Assembly: GCA_965153455.1 (NCBI GenBank)
Contig: OZ234493.1
Coordinates: 11,832,213 to 11,896,212 of the forward strand
DNA: 64,000 bases
Direction of reading: 5' to 3'
From: Sphagnum compactum
Taxonomy: Eukaryota
The notes under the pieces were generated by a model. It was not told where the DNA came from. It saw only the letters and a program-made list of their open reading frames with translations, and searched no databases. The first letter of the stretch is position 1. Each line of letters opens with the position of its first letter. Of the stretch, positions 52,925 through 64,000 are shown piece after piece. Both the position numbers and the translations under genes were made by a program.

Positions 52925-55900
52925 ATGGAGGAGGAGGAGCAGCAGCAGCTGCTGCAAGAGCGTGATGGTGGCTTCCGAGTCCAGCTGAACTCGAGAGATG
53001 ACGAGACTAGCTATAGTAGCAGCAGAAGATCCAGCTTGAGTGAGCTTATGGTGAGTTCCAGGAATTCTTGTGGGAGTGGAGAATATCATCATGGCTTGAA
53101 CACTAAAACTGCAGCTCGCAGCATGGAGGGTGATCGGCGCCGCCCACCTGCTGCACGTCGCTGCTTGAGTGAAGAATATGAAATGAAGCGGCATGTCGAT
53201 CAAGCTGTTGAGATCTTCCCGGCTCATGATAAGCTCAGCCGCCTTCTCGAGAATCCCACTCCGCAGAGGATGGGAAAGTTGTCCACCAAGACCAAGATTT
53301 CTTACCCATACAAGAAGAATTGGCTCAGCAATAATCGGCCTGTGCAGAAACAGGCTGCACAAATTCGATCCGCTGCTGCAAAAGAGGGATGGATATCCAG
53401 GTGGAATGCAGCTCCGTGTGTGCGCAGAAGCAGCAGCAGCAGCAGCAGACGGGACTTGCCCATGTCCACAACGTCCATTGCTTGGCACAGGCATAAGCAG
53501 TTGGGAGAGAAGGAGTTGCCACACAGCAGCAGCCGCGCCACCACAGTTGCAGGTTCAATGCCCAGTCTCTTCAACAAGAAAGAAGCTTGCGCTCTTGCAC
53601 CCGAAGAAGCAAATGCTCTGAGCTCGTCATCATCATCCTATGGACTCTCCCTCAGGTCTAAGTACTCTCGGCACGCAGCTGATGCAGCGCATGGAGATGC
53701 AGCAAACACCAGACAACGGGAGCGCAGGAGCGAGCGCGGGATTGACGACTCGGAGCAGCGTCGCCGGGGGGCTAACGATAGTAGTTTCTTCTGCGACAGC
53801 AGCAGCAGCAGCAGCAGCAGGAGCCAGGACGACGACTTCTCCACCAAATGGGAGCAAGAGATCGCAGCTCTACAAGCCATGATTGCAAGAACTTCAACCC
53901 TTCTTGCACGCGGGTCCAACTCCAAACCAACAACAGGGGATGGAGATCGACAGCAACTGAGGATATCGGGCCGGGGCTTCAGCAAGGAGACGGCGACGTC
54001 GGAGCTGATGATGGCTGGTACCAAAGTCGGGGATCAAGAGGAGCCAGAGAACAACCTGAGCTCTTTCTCCAGGAGGTTGCAGCAGCAGGGTTCTGCTGCT
54101 GCTGCTGATGACCAGTCGAGCTGCATCCTCCTCGCAAGCAGCACACTGCCAAAACAGGGACCGGATGCAACAGGAGAAGAAACTGAGATCAGCAGTCGTG
54201 ATCAGATAGAATTCTGGGAATCGGAGCCAAGCACGCCGTCGTCTTCAGATCGTCAGTACTTCAGCCCCGCTGGATCCCAGCAGGAAATTGAGGAGGTTGA
54301 GGTTTGGGATGATGATGATGAGCATGAGCTGCACTTGGAGGACGAGTCACTGGCAGCTCCTTGCAGCAAAGAAGATGAAGAAGACGATGACAAGAGCTTC
54401 TCTTCCATTCAGACTGTAAGAACCTTGGAAACCAGTGGCAGTAGTAGTGCAAGCTCCAACGATTTTCCTGCTGAGCGCTTCAATCTCAGATCCACAAACT
54501 GCATGCAGCTGAACTACAGAAACTCATGCAAGGAGGAGGAGGATACAGCAGTTGTTGATGAAGCTGATTATGATTACGATCATGATCATGATCTTGATGA
54601 TGCTGCAGTTCCAGGAGACTGGGAAGTTGTAGAGATGAGTAGAGATGTAGATCACAGAATAACAAGAAGTGCTCACAGCAGCTGCAGATACTACAACTCC
54701 AGGTACTTGGAGCCTGAAGATTTGCAACACTACTCAAACACATCAAGAACCACGAATGATTCAGATGATGACTTGTCAATGGAGGAGGAGCATGATGAGC
54801 ACAACCAGCATTGGCATCTCAGAGACAAACACATCAATCTTATGAATCCAATGTACTGCTTGCAGTTGGCAGAGAGTTTTGGTGTTCCTGCCAGTAGTAC
54901 TCAACCAACCACCAGAGATTTTGCAACTAAAGAGCTTGCAGAAACAGCAGAAGCAGCAGCCAGGTTCAAGTGGGAAGAAGAAGAAGAAGAAGCTCATGAC
55001 AGACTCAAGCTTGATGATGATGATTACAATATGGTGGTAATAAGAAGAACAGCCAATGTCAAGATTCATAACTCCAGTACTGCAACTGTCAATTCTTCTG
55101 CAACTAATCTTTGTGTACAACAGCAGCAACCACAGGCACAACATTCCATTTCCATGTTTGAATCTGCATGGGCTGAGTCCTGCAGTTCCATGGCTCAGGA
55201 TGATGATATATCATTTGCTACTCCCTCCAACACCTCCAGCTTCCATGGCAACAAATCTTCCTCAGAGAACTCAAAACCCGCCCAGCAGCATTCTTCTCAA
55301 ACCGATTGCAACAATAGGCTAACCAATACTACTACTACTACCATGACGATAAGCTTGAATGGGTCAAGCTCAATCTCTTCACAACTATACATAAAGGGCT
55401 GTTTGGATGAAGCTGGCAGCAACAGTTGCAAGGAGGAGAAAGGCTCTCCAACAAACTCCTGCAGCAGCAGCAGCAGCAGCTCCACTTCACCAATCTGTGA
55501 GCATGAATTCCCATGTATGATGTGTGAGTTAGCCAACAATGTTCATGCTGCAGCAACAACAAAATGCTGCTGCAACAATCTCAAGTTTTTCACACCCCAG
55601 CAGCAGCAGCAGCAGCTCCACCTTGGAGAATGCTCAGCAGCAGAAGAGACCTTGGACCACCAAAGTTGCAATCATAGTGACATCATCAAAAAGCAAATGT
55701 GGCATCTCGGAGACCATGTGCCCTTGTACCCTGGTTGGCACCAAACTCCTCCACAACAACAGCAACATCATTGTACAACACCGCAAAACTTTTTTGGTTC
55801 TGAACACCCAACAACACTCCATGGAGCACCCAGTGTTGTGCTCAGGAAGATGCTGATGAGTCCGAATTATTACTACTCTGATTCTGGTGGCGCAATTTTC

Positions 55901-56202
55901 ATCACCACACACGACTCTCAAATAAAATTCTTGGTGGTTAGTTTGCTTCTTTGTCCCTACATTAACAACTCCCTTCTTACACTGACTTGCATCTGTCTGT
56001 CTGTCTATCAGTCATCATGATGATTCCCTTCCTGTGTATGATTTTTGTTGTTGAATGGGTGCAGAAAACAGTTTGTAAGTTATTCAAGCACACATTAACA
56101 AGGTGTAGAGTACTGCAGTGCTGGGATTGTTCACCAGCATGCAACAAAGACAACAAAAACAACAATTTTGCAGGCCAGCAGCTTGAGGCATTGAGCTCAT
56201 GA
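52925..56202 (+). CDS. Hypothetical protein of about 1050 aa, mostly low-complexity, with a compact Cys/His-containing C-terminus
   Basis: 1031-codon ORF rich in poly-S/Q/E/D. Probable phase-0 intron 55937-56064 (GTTAGT...GCAG) joins ...SQIKFLV to KTVCKLFKHTLTRCRVLQCWDCSPAC...*. Family not recognised. Confidence 0.75.
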
Positions 56203-57331
56203 TTGGTCCATCAATCAAGAGAGAGAGAGAGAGAATCCAGCTCTTGGGTACCTGGAAAAAGCTATCATCAATTGTTGTTATTACATGTAAACAAGTTGAA
56301 AACTTTGACATTCAGAAAAATGTACCCATGATTGAGATTAGGTTCTCATGGATCAAATTGAAGAAGTAATGAATCATCATCATATAGCTATAAGCTCTTT
56401 TCTATTGATCAACATGTAATTTTACATATCCAACATTTTCAAATGCTTCTCATGTTTTCAACATATCAGCATTTATGTTGATGAAGCAAAGGTCTCCTCT
56501 TGCATCAAGGGTGTCACAGCATTGGATTTGATTCCCATCAAGACTTTCCTATACAATGAAGAATTTGAACTGAAATCTATCAAAAACTTTGACAAAACCA
56601 GTAACATCCTTTTACTAAACCAAAAAAGTGAAATTTCTCATTTCCTATTTGAATCCATGGGAACTTTCACTCAATTTTGCAAACTGGCAAGAATGGAGAT
56701 GCCATATGCACCTGAAATGCTACATTTCTTTGTGGAATCTCAAATGGGTAGTTGGGTATTGTAGCTTACAGTGATTAGGACACAATCGTGAGCCCATACA
56801 TCATCTTCAATCTTGTGATGTCAGCTGGCTGTTTGTGCAGATGAAATTCAACTAGAAGGTCTCAGAGGGTTTTGTACATTTACAGGGCTCTAGAGGTTCA
56901 AACCTGTGGCCCCACTAAATTTGTCCCCTTGCTTGATCATCCCATGTGAAAAGGAATTGTGAGTTTCCATTTGCAGCTACCATCCAGTGATTGAGCACCT
57001 AACCTGGTCAGGTCATGAGAAATGTGATGTCAATATGTCAAGAGAGAAATGCACATGATCACTACAACTTCACTAAATTCACAACCATACTTCACATCGC
57101 AGATTGCCTGTTTACAGAAAACTTCACAATTGATCACATTCATTCCTTGGTGCAAAATCACATTCTTTCCAAGCCAGAATGCTTGTTAACAGTTTGGAAA
57201 CATCACTAGAGACACATTATATATAGAACTCTCAGAAGCATCAAGAAACCTCCATACTCACTATTAAGAAAGCCTATCTGAACCTCTAAGCACACTGCAG
57301 TAAGTCCAACAGACTATAACATAAAGAAAGA

Positions 57332-57582
57332 CACCCCACACCCTCCAGTTCAAGGCCTAAAATGCTTCTATCCAACTTCCACAATACTTTCCCTCGTCCT
57401 TACATCTTCAGCCTCCTCTGCTCTCAGTTTGAATACCTTTCTGCCCTCCTGCACATACCTCACACCCCACACCCTCCAGTTCAAGGCCTGAAATGCTTCT
57501 ATCCAACTTCCACAACACTTTCCCTCATCCTCACATCTTCAGCCTCCTTCACTCTCAGTTTGAATATCTTACTGCCCTCCTC
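57332..57582. repeat. Tandem duplication, 2 x about 131 bp
   Basis: caccccacaccctccagttcaaggcct.aaatgcttctatccaacttccacaa... at about 57332 and 57463. Confidence 0.9.
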
Positions 57583-59336
57583 AGCATGTGTACAGTATCC
57601 TCTCTGCTATCCTTCTCCCTTGGTATCAGATGCCTTCAATGCCATCAACAACAACGCATTAACATCACCATGAACAGCACATCTGCACTGTGAACCATCC
57701 ATACCATGCCTTCACCCTGACATACTCATCACTAGCCTGATGCAACAACAATGTACAACTCATTCATTTGGCAAGAGACAAAAACCTTGAAAGCAGCCAC
57801 CACCAATGAAAATCAAATCTGTTTTGAGCCGTGAAACCTGGAACCAACAAAGTGAGCCAGCATAACAAGAACTCATCACCTAATGCCCTAATAACAGAGT
57901 GGTCTTAGGTCAGATATTCAAACTATAGTTTTTACTTCCATCTGTGTCACATTGAGATGGTGATAACCTATATATGTTAGGTTGAATATTTTGCTGGATG
58001 TAAATCAGGATCAACAATGTGTGCCAGACAAGAGTTCCCACTAAATCCCAACAGAAAGAAATTGACCAAATGAAGGGAATATTACAGTTGCTGAATGGCC
58101 AACAAGTAACCATCCTCCCAAGAAGTGGAAGGACCTTTCACCTTCATGCAACTAGAAGGAACACCAATAGCAAATATACAGTAAGCTCATTGCCAGATTA
58201 AGCCACCGTCTTTCCAAAGGGCTTCATCTATGATACACAAAACATGGTTAATGTAAACTACTCACACAGAGGCCAAGACCCTAATATGCTTTCTGCACAC
58301 CATCAGCAGCATTAATTATCTCTGACACTTCTTGGGGATGACCCATTGGATGCACTTGTATTCATCACTTCAAGGGTCAGTTAGCTGGTATAGCAAAACA
58401 TGCATGTTTGAATCTTCCAACACTACCACTGTTACCAACTTGACTCAGTAAACAAAGAGCTCCAACATTATCAATTGACTACAAAGTTGCTAAGCATAAT
58501 GTCCTCTGTCCTGCCATATAATTGACCAGCATCCAAGAACACAAATGCAATGTGATTTACAAACCAACAAGACACTTTTTTCAAAAGACCACCCATATAC
58601 AGCAGCAGCCACAATCATCAAGTCCTTGTATTCAACAAGTATCTTCTGTTTATTATATCCAAGACCTAAAACATAAATGTCATCTGTCAAGATTACGCAT
58701 CAGGGTCAAAGTGGTGCCACTCTTCTAACTTCTGATCCACATCAATTATCAGCCCAAAGTTCATATCTACCTGCCAATGTCAAAAATCAAAACCACACAA
58801 CCCCACAAATGTGTTACTCCCACCTCCATAAGCATCAAAACAAGCAGCAATAAGTTCTATCATGGTCAACTGTGAACCCTTGAAACCTTGGCATAGAGAG
58901 GCCAGTTTCAGATACTCCAAAAGACACTTGCAGATGTAAAAGCTTCAACATTCTAGAAAGTCAAAGTTTGCAAACTTGAAATGTGGGAACAAAGACAGGA
59001 CTGTAGTCAGGCTTTGAGCAATTTCAACAAGGATGAAAGACTTACACTTTGTTGGAGACATCTTGCTTATGCTTCATTTTAGAGCATTTCAAGCTCAGGT
59101 GTCTCTCCAACGCTCAGTAAGTTCCCTGCATCCATTGAGTGCTATACACATGATCAAAGGACCTCTACCTTGTACAAGGAGAACCTGCAATTTGTTCTCT
59201 CATGCTTGCTACTTTGACTGAAATCTGTGCATTTTGGTAAAGAACTTCAAAAGATCCAGACCAACTGATCAAGAAACAGGAATAACGTTCTATAAAGGAG
59301 GAAGGTGGGGGGATGCAGGAAGGTGCAATGGCACAC

Positions 59337-59480
59337 CTACGTCTGCTTGGTGAAAGTTGAGGAAGAGGAGGGGACTCGCTTAGTGCGAAACATCATGTAC
59401 CCCACTGGCAGCACCACCCCTAGCATCATGATGACTGCTCCTAGAATGTATCGCATTGGCCGTGGCACCTCCACCTCCAT
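59337..59480 (-). CDS. 47-aa single-transmembrane plant microprotein
   Basis: MEVEVPRPMRYILGAVIMMLGVVLPVGYMMFRTKRVPSSSSTFTKQT*. One hydrophobic helix and a basic stop-transfer; resembles, from memory, a conserved uncharacterised land-plant family (EVEPP.P.RY..GA.IMM.GVVLP.GYMMFR.KRVP). Acceptor CAG at 59495-59493. Confidence 0.8.
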   Translation of the reverse strand: MEVEVPRPMRYILGAVIMMLGVVLPVGYMMFRTKRVPSSSSTFTKQT

Positions 59481-59889
59481 CAGATGCCGTCCCTGCTTTC
59501 AAAACACCAAGTGAAAAAGTCAACCAAAAACGTCACAATACACAATCATCAATTTCTCATCAAGTCTTTTGATGTGAAAGACATTACAGTTCTTTCACCT
59601 TTGTTGATACAATGCTTGCTTCCCCAAATGATTCCAGCCACGTTCCTAACCTGTAATCTTACCATGATCGCAAAAAGCACACACACACACACACACAAGA
59701 AGACAGCAGATCTAAGAAAAATCCCAAAGCTTTAGAGTCACAAGTCATAACTAGGGATACTCCACAGTACTTTTTCCCATTAGTCTTAAATTGCAGTGTA
59801 AAAAGAGAACAAAATACCGATGTGCAAGAACCATCTACTACTAGAACACAACATACCACAAACACGTACAAGAAATTTCAAGACATAAA

Positions 59890-60475
59890 CAGACAGACCG
59901 ACAGGACCGAAAGATTGAACGCTCACGATCGAGCTTTTGCAAAGCTTCCTTCATCATCACAATAAATCTGAAGATGAAGCCAAGAACATGCACAAATGCT
60001 TCCAAACTCATGCAAGTAGCAAAGGAAAACTCTTCTGAAGTAAAAAAGGAAAAAAAAAGAAAAAGGAAGAGAAGATAAAGACAGGACAGGGTAGAAGAAC
60101 GCACCGGCATCTAGGCTTTGAAGACAAGAAGAAGAGAAGACTAGAGTTTGCGAAGAAGTTGTTCTCGCAACAAAACAAAATTCCGCGGACAGACAGACAG
60201 ACCGACAGACCGACTAAACACTAACGATCAAGCTTTTGCAATGCGTCCTTCATCATCACAACAAATCTGACGATCAAGCCAAGCATGTCCACAAATGCTT
60301 TCGAACTCTTGTAAGTAGCAAAAAAAAACAAAAAAATCAAAAACAAAAAAACGAAAATAATAGAAAAAGAGAGAGATATAGAACAACTTACGGGCATCAT
60401 GGCTTGGAAGACAATAATAGGCGGAGAAGACGAGTCCGCAAAGCTCCTGATCTCGCAACAAAACCAAATTCCGCA
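59890..60475 (-). repeat. Tandem duplication (2 x about 295 bp) in the microprotein gene leader
   Basis: 59890-60187 aligns with 60190-60475 (acagacagaccgacag...gcttttgcaa...catcatcacaa.aaatctga...tctcgcaacaaaac.aaattccgc). Confidence 0.85.
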
Positions 60476-60547
60476 ACTGCACAAGCAACTCACACACAAA
60501 ACACAGAAAGAAGCAAGGAAACGCACACAACAGTGCACCACATATCT

Positions 60548-60842
60548 GACCGTTGGATAGGTTTGATCCGACGGACAGAAAATGGAAGCAGGCGAAGAGA
60601 CAAGATCGGACCGTTGGATCCCTTCGGATTGATCCATGCCAGTGGATGGTGGTAGAATCTGACGGCCTACAAATAAATTTTCTGTTCACTTTCGCTGAAT
60701 GGATTGATGGAAATCCAACCGTTCGATATCCCACAGAGATGGCGTTCTGACCGTTGGATATCCGCTACTTCCGAACAGCAACAAGACCCATCAAGTGTCA
60801 GCTTGTAACTGGAAAATAAGATGGCGATCCAACCGTTGGATA
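60548..60842 (-). promoter_or_regulatory. Cluster of MSA-like (AACGG, MYB3R-binding) elements
   Basis: Minus-strand TCCAACGGTCA at about 60548-60558 and 60748-60758, TCCAACGGTCC at about 60608, TCCAACGGTTG at about 60830, another AACGG at about 60720. Confidence 0.7.
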
Positions 60843-61376
60843 CATCTGATTATCTTATTTCTATGAATAATAGATTATTTTATTTTATTTTATCTTATCT
60901 GTTTCTTTTTTTTCTAATTCCTTTCCTCTTTTAAATTTTCAAAAAAAATTGTTTAAAGTTGTGACCCTCTTCCTAATATTATGAAATCTCTATTTATATT
61001 TTTACATATGTTCATTTTTGGTAAAAGAAAAAAGAAATGATAATATTTCAGCCATTGATCTAATATTCCTTTCTTCTCATTTTGGGTCTCTTTCAGATGT
61101 CAATAAATTCTTTTTGGGGATTATTTTGATTACATTTCTTAATCCAATTACATATTTTATAAGTGAAAATGTTTTTTTAAATCCATAATAACGACTTGAT
61201 GTAAGATCAAATGATAATATTCTAGAATAACGATTACAAAAAACTATTTTATTTCCAACACAATGCAAGCAAAATGGGGTGTTTGTTTGTAATTTTGGAC
61301 ATATAAGGTTATTTCACATGTTGAAAAATTGGATAGATTTTTTTTTTGGAAAAATTATCAAATAATGGAATAATAT

Positions 61377-64000
61377 TATCATGCCCATATGCATGGCCTC
61401 ATACATGACAGCTGGTTACGGGCATGCCAATCATGCCTTTAGGGTTAATGTATGTTCTTAAGTTACTGTATGTTATTAGGTGTTTTAAGGTTATGGCTTG
61501 TTTAAAGTTTTAGCTTATTGATGGCTATATAAAAGGCCAAGCTCTTCCCTTCTCTTGTTAGTTTTTTTAGAATTCCTTTATTATGAAGAGTTTTTTCCAT
61601 AGTTAGACTGGATTTCTAGATGCTCACGGCAGCTATTACACAGTCACCATTTACATACACTACGTTTTCTTTCCTTCTTTTCAATTTAATTCTAGAAAAA
61701 CTGTTCTTTGTCATTTAATGTTGAAAACGACAGATTTTTCGTGGCTTTGAGTTTCTTGGGTTCCTTTTGCTTGTTGGTTTCTTATGTTCTTGAGTTGTTG
61801 CTACCTCTTCTTTCTACTCTTGTATTGTAGTTACAACAGGAACAACAACCATAACTAGCAACAACGTAAATGAAGGAGAATGGACACTGGAAAAGCTCAC
61901 GGCAACTACTACTGCAAGCTTTTACAAGCCTAAGCTTCCGATCTCACTCATGCCTACTAAGTACCCGCCACACAACTATGCACTTATCTACATCTAGATT
62001 AATTCCTCCTCTTCTTCTTCTTTTGTGCTTTAACTTCTTTGTTGCTCTAGTTCCATCTCTATCGGCTCTCTGCACAAATGATCGAAAGAACAAACGGTCG
62101 TTGAAGAAGCGAATTTTTTTTTAAAAAAAAAATTCTTATCTTCTGCATGCCATCGTTACAAAGCTCGCGGACACGGATTGATCTATAACAGCGCGTACGC
62201 AGATTGTTCTACAGCGCCGCGGACATAGATTGTTTTACAGCACCGCCAACGCGAATTGCTTTGCAACACCACGGACGCAGATCACTTTGCAACTTCGTCA
62301 CAGTCGCCATCCCTTCCATTTTGGTCCGGTCCGGTCCATTCCGTTCGACATTTGTCGCCATTTCATCCAACGCCCGTCCCAGTTCCGTCCGACGTGTATC
62401 GTCGTTTCGTCTGACATCCATCCCGATTCTGTTCGACATTTGTCACCATTCTGTCTGATGTCCCTCCTAGTTCCATCCGACGTTCGTCCCAGTTTCGTCC
62501 GACGTCCGTCCAATTCTGTCCAACGTTCGTCACAGTTTTGTCAACGTCCATCCGTTCAATTCTGTCTGTTTGACCCCTTTCATCCACCGATGTCCATCCA
62601 TAGACGTCCGTTCGTCCAGTTATATCTATCTGGCCCTTTCCATCCACCAACGTCCGTCCAGAAATGTCCGTCCACTAACGTTCGTCCGTCACCGTTCATC
62701 CTTGTCGACACACCATATTCTTCCAATCGTATGTACTACGTACATACGTATCCGATACCGTATTCTTCAAACCGTATGTTGTGTTAGAATTTTGTAGCTA
62801 GTGCTTTGTATTGCTACAAAATTTTGGGGCATGTCTGCCCCTTTACTTGCCATGGTATGAAATTGACCTTCCTAATGACCACCTGTACTTGTATATTCTG
62901 ATGTGTTTTGAGCTTATAATCTTCAGGTTGCAGATACTAATTTAGAGGTGAAGATGGTGAAATTGCGAATTCCTGACCCAGGAATGGATCAGAGCAGCAT
63001 AACATCATGTGGGCAAGACAGTTGGCAAGTACTGCACCCACTCAGCCAGAACCAAGGTATCAATTACAAAATAACACACAATCATTTGAGTCGATTTCTT
63101 TGAACTCGCGATCTTCACGACAATACCATCAAGCGTTTATAGCACCACCATCATTTAGTACAAGTCCTACTAGGAATTCAGGTTCAAGTTACACTACGTC
63201 AACGATACATCAAAGTCCATTTGGAGGGTTTAATCAGTGGGGTACGCCTACTGCCGCACCAACTCTCACACCATCACTGTATATTCCGCTCCAAATCGTT
63301 ACCTCTACACCCATATACACCATGGAGGTCAGTAGTTCCTCTGGGAGAATTGAGAGTTTAGCGGAAGGCCAAGTACCATTTCTTTGAGGGAGTTCAAGGC
63401 AACTTTCTAAACTGTGGTTTGTGAATTGGAGCTCAAGTATGGCGTTAATTACACCGAGGCGTTCGCATTCAAACAACTGGCCCGTTATGTGCACTATGAG
63501 GATTGGATGTCTACGAGCAACATTTTTCGAGGATTTTTGGCGTCACCCAAATCCCCAATTCAACTTATGCCACAGCCATCACCACCCCCTCTCAAGCTGC
63601 ACTACAAGCTGCCATTGCACATCATGGGACTATGCCCAATAATCCAGATCCAGTACCTACTTCAGTAAACCTTCCTCCTCAATAACTCATTGATGCTACC
63701 GCAAACATTCCTCCCGCCATCAATGCACCAGCTTTTACTGATCGAGTGGGGGAATCCTTTCGAATTTTTGAGCTGGAATTTTTTGTTAAAAGTTTTGAAA
63801 AAATTCTGCAGCTCGCCACCATCTCTCGGCAAAAGGATGAAACCCTCAAGATGTTCTACAGGAGGCTTCTCAAGCTCAAAGAGAATATTCAGAGCATCAC
63901 AGACCTAGAAGCTACCCATCGGTATCTTCGTTCATTGGAAGGTACTCCGACACTCCATGCGCAAGTTTTGCAACGAATTTTTTTTAGAATTTGGAAACTC
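61377..64000 (+). mobile_element. 5' part of a second copy of the same retroelement family: repeat B, long leader with CGTC repeats, decayed gag
   Basis: 61377-61690 is B (TATCATGCCC...CAATTTAAT) with TATA-like CTATATAAAAGG at about 61525. Frameshifted gag-like protein from about 62983 (...ELKYGVNYTEAFAFKQLARYV...KILQLATISRQKDETLKMFYRRLLKLKE...). Runs off the right edge. Confidence 0.8.
62300..62710 (+). repeat. CGTC/TCCG-rich degenerate array inside the retroelement leader
   Basis: Repeated cgtcc, gttcgtc and gacgtcc motifs; CpG-rich against a CpG-poor background. Confidence 0.7.

Noticed and set aside
52739-55921. Antisense and alternate-frame ORFs over the large gene (also over URT1 exon 1)
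   Set aside because: Shadows of CAG/AGC-rich coding sequence with no independent motifs.
33796-61376. The two retroelement fragments being ends of one rearranged insertion
   Set aside because: Flanks do not form a TSD (AATAT versus ATATA), the B copies are clearly diverged, and the orientations do not fit.
62204-62797. R/P/S-rich ORFs of up to 185 aa
   Set aside because: Products of the CGTC repeat array in the retroelement leader.

Overview
AT-rich eukaryotic DNA with GT-AG introns, plant genes and heavily decayed repeats; the composition and repeat content suggest a bryophyte such as Sphagnum (inference). Genes reconstructed by hand: a pfkB fructokinase, a 9-exon URT1-type terminal uridylyltransferase, a 2-exon COX5C, a ~1050-aa low-complexity protein, a 47-aa single-TM microprotein below the ORF-track cutoff, and a frameshifted repetitive coiled-coil gene at the left edge. 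Repeats include a solo LTR with a 5-bp TSD, a hAT transposase relic, MITE-like elements and several tandem repeats. The most unusual signal is a Gypsy-type retroelement family present as two partial copies. The 3' end (33801-35503, minus) has a DDE-type integrase fused to a PHD finger followed by G-tract-A-B-A; the 5' end (61377-64000, plus) starts with B alone, shows no PBS, and continues into gag. Together these give B-[gag...int-PHD]-A-B-A, a split-direct-repeat layout typical of tyrosine-recombinase retroelements but here paired with a Gypsy integrase. A second highlight is the microprotein locus, with an MSA-element cluster, twin 41-nt uORF exons and a tandem splice donor across its stop codon. 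All coordinates were read manually and no database searches were run.
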